Assembly (NCBI RefSeq): GCF_000260965.1
Contig: NC_017856.1
Span: 1,530,001-1,562,000, forward strand
Source of the DNA: Methylophaga frappieri
Lineage (GTDB): Bacteria > Pseudomonadota > Gammaproteobacteria > Nitrosococcales > Methylophagaceae
Direction of reading: 5' to 3'
DNA length: 32,000 nucleotides
Shown here: positions 8,571-17,000 of the stretch, one piece after another
Layout of the letters: every line of letters starts with the position of its first letter
Position numbering within the stretch: position 1 is the first letter of the stretch
The notes under the pieces: generated by a model
What the model was told of the DNA's origin: nothing
Seen by the model: the letters and a program-made list of their open reading frames with translations, nothing else
Database searches by the model: none
Made by a program: the position numbers and the translations under genes

Positions 8571-10696
8571 GCTCGCATCCGATGGAAGCGCTGTTGCGGC
8601 CTCCCGTGGAGTTGTGGTCCACCTGTACGGCGTTTGCGGCGGGTACACTGGCCTGGCTCGCCCCCTGGGCCTTGATGATGCCACCGGGTATCGCAATGGC
8701 CACCAGCCTGACCTTTTTCGGTTTTGGCTTGTGGCGGAGCCGTCAAGCATGGCGTGTATTGCGCTACCAGCATCACATGAAGCGGCTGCCGGATTACCAA
8801 GTGCGGGCCAACCAGATTCCCGTCAGTCGCCATAAGCTGTTTTTGGGCAAAGGCTTTCGCTGGAGCCAGCAACACACTCAGCGTCTGCGCGATACCCTGA
8901 AGCCCGAGGTTCAACGTTACGTTCAGCCGGGCACGCTTTACCAGTGGGCGCGACAAAAGGAAGTTGCCTGGGAATCGATTCCAGTCCTGTCTTTGCTGAC
9001 CAAAGCTCTGCGTAGTCGCAGCCGTTGGAACCCGCTGGCGCCATTACCGGCCGTCGGCGGTAAGCCCGCCCTGCACGCGGTTGAACCGCAAGAGCAGCCA
9101 GTGTGGATGGATCTGGGTGAACGGGTCGGGCACACGCTGGTGTTGGGCACCACGCGCGTCGGTAAGACACGCCTGGCGGAACTGCTGATTACCCAGGACA
9201 TCCGCCGGGGTGATGTCGTCATTGTCTTCGATCCGAAAGGGGATGCCGATCTGTTGCGTCGCATCTACGCCGAGGCAAAGCGCGCCGGTCGGCTGGACGA
9301 TTTTTATCTGTTCCATCTCGGTTTTCCGGAACTGTCGGCGCGTTACAACGCCATCGGGAACTTCTCCCGCATCACCGAGGTCGCGACTCGCATCGCCAAT
9401 CAGCTGCCCAACGAGGGCAACTCAGCTGCCTTCAAGGAGTTCGCCTGGCGCTTCGTGAATATCATTGCGCGCGCCTTGGTGGCCCTGAAACGCCGGCCGG
9501 ACTACCAGCAGATCCGTCGCTACATCAACGACATTGAGCCCTTGTTTGTGGAATACGCCGGGCACTGCGCCGGTGTGGCCGACATCGAAGCCTGGCCGTC
9601 TCTGGTTGAAGCGCGCGCGGCGGATATCAAAGAGCGCAATTTACCCAATGCCCTGCGTGGCCGGTCGATGGAAGCCATCGCCTGCATGCGCTTGCTGCAG
9701 GAGAAGGCCATTTATGACCCTGTCCTGGACGGGCTGATTTCCGCGTTCAAATACGATAAGACTTATTTCGACAAGATCGTCAGCTCTGTCGGCCCGTTGA
9801 TGGAAAAGCTGACCACCGGCACCATCGCCGGGTTGATCTCACCGGATTACCAGGACGAGCAGGATGCGAGGCCGATCTTTGAATGGATGGATGTGGTGCG
9901 CCGCAAGGGTATCGTGTATGTGGGATTGGATGCGCTCACCGATACCACGGTCGCCAGTGCAGTGGGCAATTCCATGTTTGCTGATTTGGTGTCTGTGGCA
10001 GGGCATATCTACAAGCACGGCGTCGCGGCCAATGGCGCTGATGCGTCCGAATCAGAACGTCAGCGGCATTCGACCCCCACCATCTCTATGCATGCGGATG
10101 AGTTCAACGAGTTGATCGGTGATGAATTCGTGCCGCTGTTGAACAAGGCGGGCGGGGCAGGCTTTCAGGTCACGGCCTACACCCAGACCTGGTCGGACGT
10201 CGAAGCGCGTATCGGTAGTCGGGCCAAAGCGGGGCAGGTGGCCGGTAACTTCAACACTATGCTGATGCTACGAGTGAAGGAGTTGGATACTGCCGCCATG
10301 CTGACCGAGCAGTTACCGCGGGTTGAAGTCTTCACCCTGATGAGTGTCTCTGGCGTCGATGATTCGTCGGATCCCGGTTCCGGGGTCGACTTCAAATCCC
10401 GCAACGAAGACCGGATCAGTGTCTCGGAAGTACCGATGCTAACTGCCGCCGATATGGTCACGCTGCCCAAAGGGCAGGCCTTCGCCCTGCTGGAAGGCGG
10501 CCAGCTGTGGAAAATCCGTATCCCATTGCCGGACGACCGCGAGGATACGGCCATGCCCGACGACTTCGAGGCAATAGCCGAGGCCATGCGCCGCAGCTAT
10601 ATCACCAACGATCACTGGTACCGGGTCACCGACCACTGGTGGCACGCAGTCTCCGAGGCCGCGATCCGACCCTCAGACGCCGGTGAGCAGGCTTGA
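8567..10696 (+). CDS. traD: Type IV coupling protein TraD
   Basis: N-terminal transmembrane helices, Walker A GTTRVGKT and Walker B-like ISMHADEF. The length is 709 aa. The start overlaps the upstream stop (ATGA). Confidence 0.9.
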   Translation: MSSHPMEALLRPPVELWSTCTAFAAGTLAWLAPWALMMPPGIAMATSLTFFGFGLWRSRQAWRVLRYQHHMKRLPDYQVRANQIPVSRHKLFLGKGFRWSQQHTQRLRDTLKPEVQRYVQPGTLYQWARQKEVAWESIPVLSLLTKALRSRSRWNPLAPLPAVGGKPALHAVEPQEQPVWMDLGERVGHTLVLGTTRVGKTRLAELLITQDIRRGDVVIVFDPKGDADLLRRIYAEAKRAGRLDDFYLFHLGFPELSARYNAIGNFSRITEVATRIANQLPNEGNSAAFKEFAWRFVNIIARALVALKRRPDYQQIRRYINDIEPLFVEYAGHCAGVADIEAWPSLVEARAADIKERNLPNALRGRSMEAIACMRLLQEKAIYDPVLDGLISAFKYDKTYFDKIVSSVGPLMEKLTTGTIAGLISPDYQDEQDARPIFEWMDVVRRKGIVYVGLDALTDTTVASAVGNSMFADLVSVAGHIYKHGVAANGADASESERQRHSTPTISMHADEFNELIGDEFVPLLNKAGGAGFQVTAYTQTWSDVEARIGSRAKAGQVAGNFNTMLMLRVKELDTAAMLTEQLPRVEVFTLMSVSGVDDSSDPGSGVDFKSRNEDRISVSEVPMLTAADMVTLPKGQAFALLEGGQLWKIRIPLPDDREDTAMPDDFEAIAEAMRRSYITNDHWYRVTDHWWHAVSEAAIRPSDAGEQA

Positions 10697-11430
10697 GCAC
10701 GGTGGAGCCCCGTGATCCCCGACGGCCGGTTGCACAGCCGGGTACCGTATCCCGGTTGCTGACGGGTATCGCCCAGTGCCTCAAGTGGCTGTTTCTCTCC
10801 CTGTTGTTCTCCATTCTGGTGGAGTGGGTCGGCATGGTGTTCTGGTGGGAAGAGCAAGGACTTGGCCACAGTCGACAGATGCTGGTGAACGAATTGCAGT
10901 TCCTCGGCACCGACTTTCATCGCAGCTGGTTAACCGCCCAGCCGATGGTGTTCGCCAGTAACCTCTCGGATCGCGTCTACCAGTTTGCCTTCGAGTGGAC
11001 GGGGCTCGTGGATCTGATTCATTGGATCACACCGGTACCGTCTGCGGAGGAGACTGGTCTGAGACCGGTACTGCACCGATTTTACCGGCCCGTCGCTGAC
11101 TATGTGCTGGCGGGTATGCAAATCACCCAGGTCTTTGCGGTACGACTCGCCATCCTGACGCTGGCCACGCCGGTATTTGGACTGTTCACCCTGGTAGCGC
11201 TGGTGGATGGGCTGGTGCGGCGCGACCTGCGGCGTTGGGGCGGCGGCAGGGAAAGTTCTTTCGTGTACCACTACGCCAAGAAAGCCGCCATACCGCTGAT
11301 CATCATGGCCTGGGTGTTGTACCTGGCGCTGCCGTTCAGTTTGCACCCGTCCTGGATCATCCTGCCATTCGCGCTGGCCTTTGCCTTCGCCGTCACCATC
11401 ACAGCCAGTACCTTTAAAAAGTACCTTTAA
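10693..11430 (+). CDS. ICE integral membrane protein (TIGR03747-type)
   Basis: Several hydrophobic helices. The start overlaps the traD stop. Its position after traD matches remembered synteny. Confidence 0.65.
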   Translation: MSTVEPRDPRRPVAQPGTVSRLLTGIAQCLKWLFLSLLFSILVEWVGMVFWWEEQGLGHSRQMLVNELQFLGTDFHRSWLTAQPMVFASNLSDRVYQFAFEWTGLVDLIHWITPVPSAEETGLRPVLHRFYRPVADYVLAGMQITQVFAVRLAILTLATPVFGLFTLVALVDGLVRRDLRRWGGGRESSFVYHYAKKAAIPLIIMAWVLYLALPFSLHPSWIILPFALAFAFAVTITASTFKKYL

Positions 11431-11449
11431 TACAAAGTGATTGAGCCAG

Positions 11450-11504
11450 TTGACTGTACCGTTACAGTCTGCTAGGCTGCATTTAAGCACTGTAAAGATA
11501 CAGT
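11450..11504 (+). promoter_or_regulatory. Candidate sigma70 promoter with two palindromic operators for the Xre/RES operon
   Basis: TTGACT (11450-11455), a 17-nt spacer, then TAGGCT (11473-11478). Palindrome 1 is GACTGTA-CCGT-TACAGTC (11452-11469). Palindrome 2 is ACTGTA-AAGA-TACAGT (11489-11504). An AGGAGG lies 6 nt before the ATG at 11529. Confidence 0.55.
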
Positions 11505-11528
11505 CTGAATGCTGTTTAGGAGGCAATC

Positions 11529-11930
11529 ATGATCGCTCAAGCCGAACAACTGCTGCAACGTGGTTCCAGTGTCACCAGGTCACTGCTGCCGGCGATTTTC
11601 ACTATCTTCAGCCAGTGGCGCCTCACTGGTGCCCAGCAGATGACGCTACTGGGGCTCAGCAATGAGAAGACCCTCTATAACTGGAAGAGCCAACCCGAGA
11701 AGGCCAAGCTGACGCGAGACCTGTTGGAACGGGCCAGCTACATTTTGGGGATCTACAAGTCCCTGCAAATCCTGTTGCCTGATCAGGTGCTGGCTGACCA
11801 GTGGCTGGCCACACCGAACGACAACCCGCTGTTCAATGGCACGGCGCCGCTGGACCGGATACTCGCTGGTCAGGTGGTCGACCTGGCCGTGGTCAGGGAT
11901 TTTCTTGATGCGGAGCGGGGTGGCTGGTGA
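11529..11930 (+). CDS. Xre/MbcA/ParS-type antitoxin (DUF2384 toxin-binding domain)
   Basis: The C-terminal sequence WLATPNDNPLFNGTAPLDRILAGQVVDLAVVRDFLDAERGG is typical of DUF2384. The gene overlaps the RES gene by 4 nt. Confidence 0.85.
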   Translation: MIAQAEQLLQRGSSVTRSLLPAIFTIFSQWRLTGAQQMTLLGLSNEKTLYNWKSQPEKAKLTRDLLERASYILGIYKSLQILLPDQVLADQWLATPNDNPLFNGTAPLDRILAGQVVDLAVVRDFLDAERGGW

Positions 11931-12619
11931 TTGCAATCGATACGCTACCCAGCAGCGAGGTCAATGAACCGGTCTATCGGGTCATACTGTCGCGCTACCC
12001 GCAGATCCACCTGTTCGAACGCGTCTCCAGCCCACAGGATTGGGAGGTGCTCTACGCCGTCGAGTCCCTGACGAATCCCAGGCTACGGGATGAAGTTGGT
12101 GATATTCGCCTGGTGCCGCCGGAAGACCGGGTCTACGGTGACGGTGCATCCTGGATAATGGCGGCCTTTACCCACCCGCCAGTGGATGGCCGAGGTGGTC
12201 GCTTCAACCGGGACTTCGGCATCTATTACTGCGCTGCCGATGAAGCAGTCGCCATCGCCGAATCGTCCTACCACCGGGCGCGATTTCTGCGTGAGTCCCG
12301 AATCGACAAGACCACCCAGGAAATGCGCGTGATTCGCGCACAGTTGGGGCCGACAACTCTCCACGATGTCCGTCACCTGCTTGAAGACGCCATCTACGAC
12401 CTTGATCATTATGACGAAGCCCAGCAGCTCGGTTACGCGTTACGTGATGCTAAAAGTTACGGTGTTCACTACCAAAGCGTGAGAGCAAAAGGGGAGTGCT
12501 ACGGAGTGATGCGTGCCCGATCGCTGTCCGATGCGATTCACTGGCGTTATCTGAGCTACCACTATGACCAGGGGGCGATAGTCAACGTCGAATCTCTCGA
12601 TGGCAGTGGCAGGAGGTGA
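11927..12619 (+). CDS. RES-domain toxin (NAD+-targeting family)
   Basis: R-E-S signature: GGRFNRDFGIYYCAADEAVAIAES and YGVHYQSVRAKG. The 230-aa length fits the family. Confidence 0.9.
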   Translation: MIAIDTLPSSEVNEPVYRVILSRYPQIHLFERVSSPQDWEVLYAVESLTNPRLRDEVGDIRLVPPEDRVYGDGASWIMAAFTHPPVDGRGGRFNRDFGIYYCAADEAVAIAESSYHRARFLRESRIDKTTQEMRVIRAQLGPTTLHDVRHLLEDAIYDLDHYDEAQQLGYALRDAKSYGVHYQSVRAKGECYGVMRARSLSDAIHWRYLSYHYDQGAIVNVESLDGSGRR

Positions 12620-12624
12620 TGGCA

Positions 12625-13215
12625 ATGTATAAAGAGCTGCTGTGGATCTTCACACAACTCCCGGACGATTACATCGTCCTCGATACCGAAACCACCGGTC
12701 TCCCTGACGAAAACGGCCCGCCGGATATCGTGACGATTGGCTTCACCGTGGTGAGAAATCGAGAGATAGCGGAATCCGTCGAGTTTAAAACACGGCCACA
12801 AAAACACATTTCAGAAGAAGCGCAGTCGATACACGGTATTACCAATGAACAGGCTGCAGGATTTGATGCCTTTGATTCCCAATGGAACCAGATTGCCGAC
12901 TACCTGAAAGATCAACTCATCGTCATCCACAACGCCAGTTTTGACTGGCCGATCCTGCTGGATCACGTCGCCCGATACGGTTTATCAATGCCGCCAATTC
13001 AAGGTGTGTTCTGCAGTCAGAAAGCCGCCATTCCGTGGGCACAGGCAGCGAATTTGCCGTGCAGCCACAGAGGTCCATCGTTAGACGCGTTGACGAAAGC
13101 GGTTGGCGTTGAAGATCTCAGAGCAAAGATTGGTGGAGCTCATGGGGCGGAAATTGATAGCAGGCAGACGGCTCAAGTGACAGAGGTGATGAGACGTAAT
13201 GGAAATGCAAATTAG
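12625..13215 (+). CDS. DEDDh 3'-5' exonuclease (DnaQ/epsilon-like, stand-alone)
   Basis: ExoI VLDTETTGL, ExoII VIHNASFDWPIL and ExoIII HGAEIDSRQT. An AGGAGG at 12611-12616 lies inside the end of the RES gene. Candidate starts are GTG 12616, ATG 12619 and ATG 12625. Confidence 0.85.
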   Translation: MYKELLWIFTQLPDDYIVLDTETTGLPDENGPPDIVTIGFTVVRNREIAESVEFKTRPQKHISEEAQSIHGITNEQAAGFDAFDSQWNQIADYLKDQLIVIHNASFDWPILLDHVARYGLSMPPIQGVFCSQKAAIPWAQAANLPCSHRGPSLDALTKAVGVEDLRAKIGGAHGAEIDSRQTAQVTEVMRRNGNAN

Positions 13216-13309
13216 GTTTTAACCTTGAGTCATGATGAGCGAAATTGCGCAATGAATTGCCACCAGTTTTCTAGCCAAAGAGTGGCTTATCAATGGAGGA
13301 TAAGTGTAG

Positions 13310-14656
13310 ATGCTTGATCAGATGTTCACTGCGGAAAATTTCCGACGTATCTATGATAGTGAAAATCGGAAGGGTCTTGATCTCGCAGGTCTCTATTTTC
13401 CCGATCTCGAACCCCATACTCTCGCTGTTCGCAACAAAGTTCAGGAAATTCGTGCGTATCGATCAAGAGAATCCAGCATCAAGGCTGAAGATTTCAAGCA
13501 GAATCTAGACGCCCTAAAGGCTGAGCTCGTCCATTTGAAAGCCACAAAGTCCGCTGCGATTGACGAGAAAATGGATGATATTAGCCTCAAGGTACTGCAG
13601 CCTAGCTTCAAAATCGAACTTAGCCAAAAGACTGGACCCAAGGGAAAGCTTGTTTATTGTATTGATTCGAAGCCAGAGACCTTTTTTGTCATCAAACAGC
13701 TTCAGCGTAATATCTACCGGATTTATGGCGTCAAACAGGCCAATCGCCACGATCTCGTATGCCAAGTGCGTGATACCGTCGGGACAAAATTTCCTTTTGA
13801 GATGGTTCGGACAGACATCTCAACGTTCTACGAAAGTATTGACAGAAAGAGGCTCATCAAGAAACTTGATAAGGATCAGCTCCTAAGCCCTTCCTCAAAA
13901 AAGTTCATTAATCAGGTATTGGATTCCTACGGGGTTCTATCCGGAACATCCACCGGTATCCCTAGGGGTGTAGGCATCAGCGCTTATTTAGCTGAACTCT
14001 ACTTGCGTCCAGTTGACAAGGCAATTCGCGCCATTCCAGGGCTTATTCTTTACTGCCGTTTTGTCGATGACGTAGTGGCGATCTTTGCGCGTCCTCCCAC
14101 TGGCACGGATCTTGGCTCATATAAAGATCACGTCATCAAAGTTTTTGCAGAAAATGGTCTGACACACAATCTGGACAAGACTTATGAATTTGATCTGAAG
14201 AGGCAGGAGCCGAAGAAGTTCGAGTACCTTGGTTATCGATTTCTGGTCCAGCCTGGCCAGTGCCAAATTAAAGCCAGTTCTGCGAAAATTCTGAAATATA
14301 AGAACCGCATGAACGCTGCATTTGAAGACTACTGGAAAAGCTGCTCCACTGACTCCAGGCGGGCTTATCGTGTTCTTGTATCGCGAATAAAGTTTCTAAC
14401 AGGTAACACTCGCCTTTCGAATAGCAAGTCACGGGCGGCAACGGGGATATATTACAACAATTCCATTGCAAACGATCTCTCTAGTTTCGAGATGCTGGAT
14501 AAACTAATGAAGAAACGTGTGGCGAAGATTAAGCGTGCAAGTCTTCGGAAGCGGCTCAAAACTTACAAGTTCACGGAGGGTTTTAAGACTCGGCGTTTTC
14601 ATAATTTCAATTCGCGTGAGCTGCAAACGATAGTAAAGGCTTGGAAATATGAGTAA
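13310..14656 (+). CDS. Reverse transcriptase 1 (448 aa; UG3/Drt3a-like by architecture, unverified)
   Basis: RT palm motifs: VRTDISTFYESID (motif A Asp), GIPRGVGISAYLAELYLRPVD, YCRFVDDVVAIF (motif C FVDD, nt 14060-14071), GLTHNLDKTYEF and FEYLGYRF. GGAGGA lies 9 nt before the ATG. Confidence 0.9.
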   Translation: MLDQMFTAENFRRIYDSENRKGLDLAGLYFPDLEPHTLAVRNKVQEIRAYRSRESSIKAEDFKQNLDALKAELVHLKATKSAAIDEKMDDISLKVLQPSFKIELSQKTGPKGKLVYCIDSKPETFFVIKQLQRNIYRIYGVKQANRHDLVCQVRDTVGTKFPFEMVRTDISTFYESIDRKRLIKKLDKDQLLSPSSKKFINQVLDSYGVLSGTSTGIPRGVGISAYLAELYLRPVDKAIRAIPGLILYCRFVDDVVAIFARPPTGTDLGSYKDHVIKVFAENGLTHNLDKTYEFDLKRQEPKKFEYLGYRFLVQPGQCQIKASSAKILKYKNRMNAAFEDYWKSCSTDSRRAYRVLVSRIKFLTGNTRLSNSKSRAATGIYYNNSIANDLSSFEMLDKLMKKRVAKIKRASLRKRLKTYKFTEGFKTRRFHNFNSRELQTIVKAWKYE

Positions 14657-16718
14657 ACGGCGTGCCACTCTCACCCATAGAAAGCAGCGATCCGTTCTAA
14701 CGGATATGCTGCCGTTTGAGGTGCCTCCGACCTTCTCCAATCGAGGTTTTTACCGATTTTTAAGAGATCACGATATAGAGATTGATGATGGATGTATTCG
14801 CTGGGTTTCAGATACCAATGATCTCGATGCAACAATGCAACTGTTATTCGGCATCGAAGACAAGGGCTCGATTGAAACCGAAATTTTAAGCGAGTGGGGG
14901 AGGACGAAGACGCGTAGATATGTTCGTTTGAAAAAATGCAATATGACAACAATACCTTTCAATTTCCAGATTTCTCACAATCTCGACGGTCGAACCCTAA
15001 GTGTCGTGCATCCGCGCAATCAGGTTGCGGTCGCGAGTTTCTATGCGGCGCAAAGCGCGCTAATTGTTTACTACACTTCTTTAAGTGACTTCTCGATTCG
15101 GCGGCCGGTTTCGGTATCTCGCCATGCATATTTCAATGACAGATTGCATCAGGAAAAGCTGGATTCCGTCGCCGGTGTGGAAGAAGAAGACAAGGAATAT
15201 GAACAGCTTGGCTCTTATTTTGTTTACAAAAAGTACCGCAATATTCACCAGTTCTTTGAGTCGTACAAATATCATCGATGTGAGAAAAAATATGACGCGA
15301 TGGTCCAAATAGACGTAAATAAATGCTTTGATAGTATTTATACTCACTCTCTACCTTGGGCTGTGCTCGGAAAGTCGCAGACAAAGTTCAGTTTATCGGA
15401 ATCCAAACATACGTTCGGTGGATTGTTCGATACATTGATGCAGAACCTCAATCACAATGAAACCAACGGGATTGTGATCGGGCCAGAATTCTCCCGAATT
15501 TTTTCAGAGATTATCCTGCAGGCGGTCGATGTCGAGCTTTCGAAGCGTCTGTCCGAAGACTCTAATCTTACGCATAAAGTTGATTATGAGATTTTTCGTT
15601 ACGTTGATGACTACTTTGTTTTTTACAATGAGGAGTCTACACAGTTAAAAATTATAGAAACGCTGCAAGCTTTTTTGAAGGTCAATAAGTTAAGTATTAA
15701 TACCTCCAAGATTAAGCACTATCAAAAGCCCATCATCACCGAAATCACGATTGCCAAGAATCGCATATCAACGCTATTGAATAACGAAATCAATCCGGCC
15801 ACTGAAGAGGTTGTTGTAGAGGACCCTGAGGAGGCAGGGGCTATAAAGCTCGCATGTCCCGTAAATTCAAATCGGCTCATTATTCGCTTCAAGACGGTAA
15901 TTAAAGAAACGTCTGTCACTTACGGCGAGCTACTGAATTACACTCTCGCTATTACCGAAAACAAAATCGAAAAACTTTTTCAATCCTATCTGGCGTGTGA
16001 CAAAACAATACATGACCAGAAGCAGCTACTTAAAACGCTTTTGGCGGTTATGGAGTTCGCATTTTTTGTGTATTCTGCAAACCCGCGCGTAAATCATACG
16101 ATTCGGCTTTGCCGGATGATTACAGCCTCAATTGACTTTCTCTGCGTTAATTCACTTCCTTATGAATTGAAGCACTTGCTGTTCAAATACGTCCATGACA
16201 ATGTATTGCAACAGCTGGAAAAGAACGCGATGAACGCTCATTGTGAAGTCGAAAGCTTATATCTTCTCATTTCTTTGTCGCAAATCGGGCGAGAGTATTG
16301 GCTACCTGAGTCAGTCTTGCTGCGGCATTTTCTCATTACGGAGGAAGAGGCCACGCACAAGTATCAGCGTGTCGGATTCATGAGTCATTTTTCCATTACG
16401 GTGCTGTTGTCTTACATAAAGGATAAAGTCCGCTATGCGAAACTTAAGGCCTTCACTGAAGAGCACATCATTCGTAAGCTCGAGTATATGAGAGCGCATT
16501 GCCACAATGATGCGGAAGCCATGATCCTTCTATTGGATTTGATTGTATGCCCCTACATTAGCACCGCTACTAAGGACGCGATAGGCCAGTTTTTCGGGCT
16601 GGATGCCACAACACTTACAGCTATTCAGAAGACCAATGACCACTGGTTTACGGCATGGGGGGGCAAATTCGATCTCGGTAAAGAGCTAGACGCCAAGCGC
16701 AGTCGTGAAGTATATTAG
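14649..16718 (+). CDS. Reverse transcriptase 2 (689 aa; UG8/Drt3b-like by architecture, unverified)
   Basis: RT motifs: VQIDVNKCFDSIYTHSL, NGIVIGPEFSRIFSEIILQAVD, IFRYVDDYFVFY (YVDD, nt 15600-15611) and KLSINTSKIKHY. There is an N-terminal extension of about 215 aa and a C-terminal helical region of about 320 aa. The start overlaps the RT1 stop (ATGAGTAA). Confidence 0.9.
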   Translation: MSKRRATLTHRKQRSVLTDMLPFEVPPTFSNRGFYRFLRDHDIEIDDGCIRWVSDTNDLDATMQLLFGIEDKGSIETEILSEWGRTKTRRYVRLKKCNMTTIPFNFQISHNLDGRTLSVVHPRNQVAVASFYAAQSALIVYYTSLSDFSIRRPVSVSRHAYFNDRLHQEKLDSVAGVEEEDKEYEQLGSYFVYKKYRNIHQFFESYKYHRCEKKYDAMVQIDVNKCFDSIYTHSLPWAVLGKSQTKFSLSESKHTFGGLFDTLMQNLNHNETNGIVIGPEFSRIFSEIILQAVDVELSKRLSEDSNLTHKVDYEIFRYVDDYFVFYNEESTQLKIIETLQAFLKVNKLSINTSKIKHYQKPIITEITIAKNRISTLLNNEINPATEEVVVEDPEEAGAIKLACPVNSNRLIIRFKTVIKETSVTYGELLNYTLAITENKIEKLFQSYLACDKTIHDQKQLLKTLLAVMEFAFFVYSANPRVNHTIRLCRMITASIDFLCVNSLPYELKHLLFKYVHDNVLQQLEKNAMNAHCEVESLYLLISLSQIGREYWLPESVLLRHFLITEEEATHKYQRVGFMSHFSITVLLSYIKDKVRYAKLKAFTEEHIIRKLEYMRAHCHNDAEAMILLLDLIVCPYISTATKDAIGQFFGLDATTLTAIQKTNDHWFTAWGGKFDLGKELDAKRSREVY

Positions 16719-17000
16719 GCGTGGCGCACCGCTCTACCCTTAATGGCTGTTGGCAGCCCACACACAAGCGCCTTCACGGCTCCTATATCAATTGGGGGTT
16801 GGGTAACCAGGCGGCAGGAGCGGGTCGTCTCCCCCCCCCCTAACTATCGCGGTATCACCTCAGTCTCTTGCTCACATTCATATTCAGAATCTCGAGGATA
16901 GTTTGCTCAAGTAATATCCCTCCTGGTAGCAACTGTTGAATGACGATCTAGAATTAAAAACCACCCCACCCACCGAATAGATTTCCCCTCGTCCCCCATC
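16719..17000 (+). ncRNA. Candidate non-coding RNA associated with the RT pair (hypothesis)
   Basis: This stretch contains no ORF. It holds a hairpin GGCTG-TTGG-CAGCC (16745-16758) followed directly by (CA)4 (16759-16766). G5/G3 tracts (16794-16803) face a C10 run (16831-16840). There is a bulged hairpin GAGGATA...TATCC(C)TC (16894-16922) and C-rich tracts CCACCCCACCCACC (16961-16974) and CCCCTCGTCCCCC (16985-16997). Strand and ends are unknown. Confidence 0.3.
16831..16840. repeat. C10 homopolymer
   Basis: Ten consecutive C residues read directly from the sequence. Confidence 0.95.

Larger units (their letters stand above)
13216..17000. other. Low-GC cargo islet (about 42-45% GC by eye, against about 60% for the backbone)
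   Basis: Base composition and codon usage shift abruptly after the exonuclease stop. The backbone composition returns just upstream of the RAQPRD gene. Confidence 0.7.

Noticed and set aside
11452-11504. The CTGT...ACAG palindromes as LexA SOS boxes
   Set aside because: The spacing is CTGT-N6-ACAG, not the CTGT-N8-ACAG of gammaproteobacterial LexA boxes. The location fits an antitoxin operator better.
13216-13309. A sigma70 promoter call upstream of RT1
   Set aside because: Only weak hexamer combinations are present (TTGAGT-17-CGCAAT; TTGCGC-17-TTTCTA). They are not strong enough to annotate, and read-through from the upstream operon is equally possible.
13310-16718. The RT genes as group II intron maturases or a retron
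   Set aside because: I see no maturase X or endonuclease domain and no flanking intron RNA; there is no domain V-like element and only 94 nt lies upstream. Retrons have a single RT with an upstream msr/msd flanked by inverted repeats, which I could not find. Two different RTs in tandem is not a retron layout.
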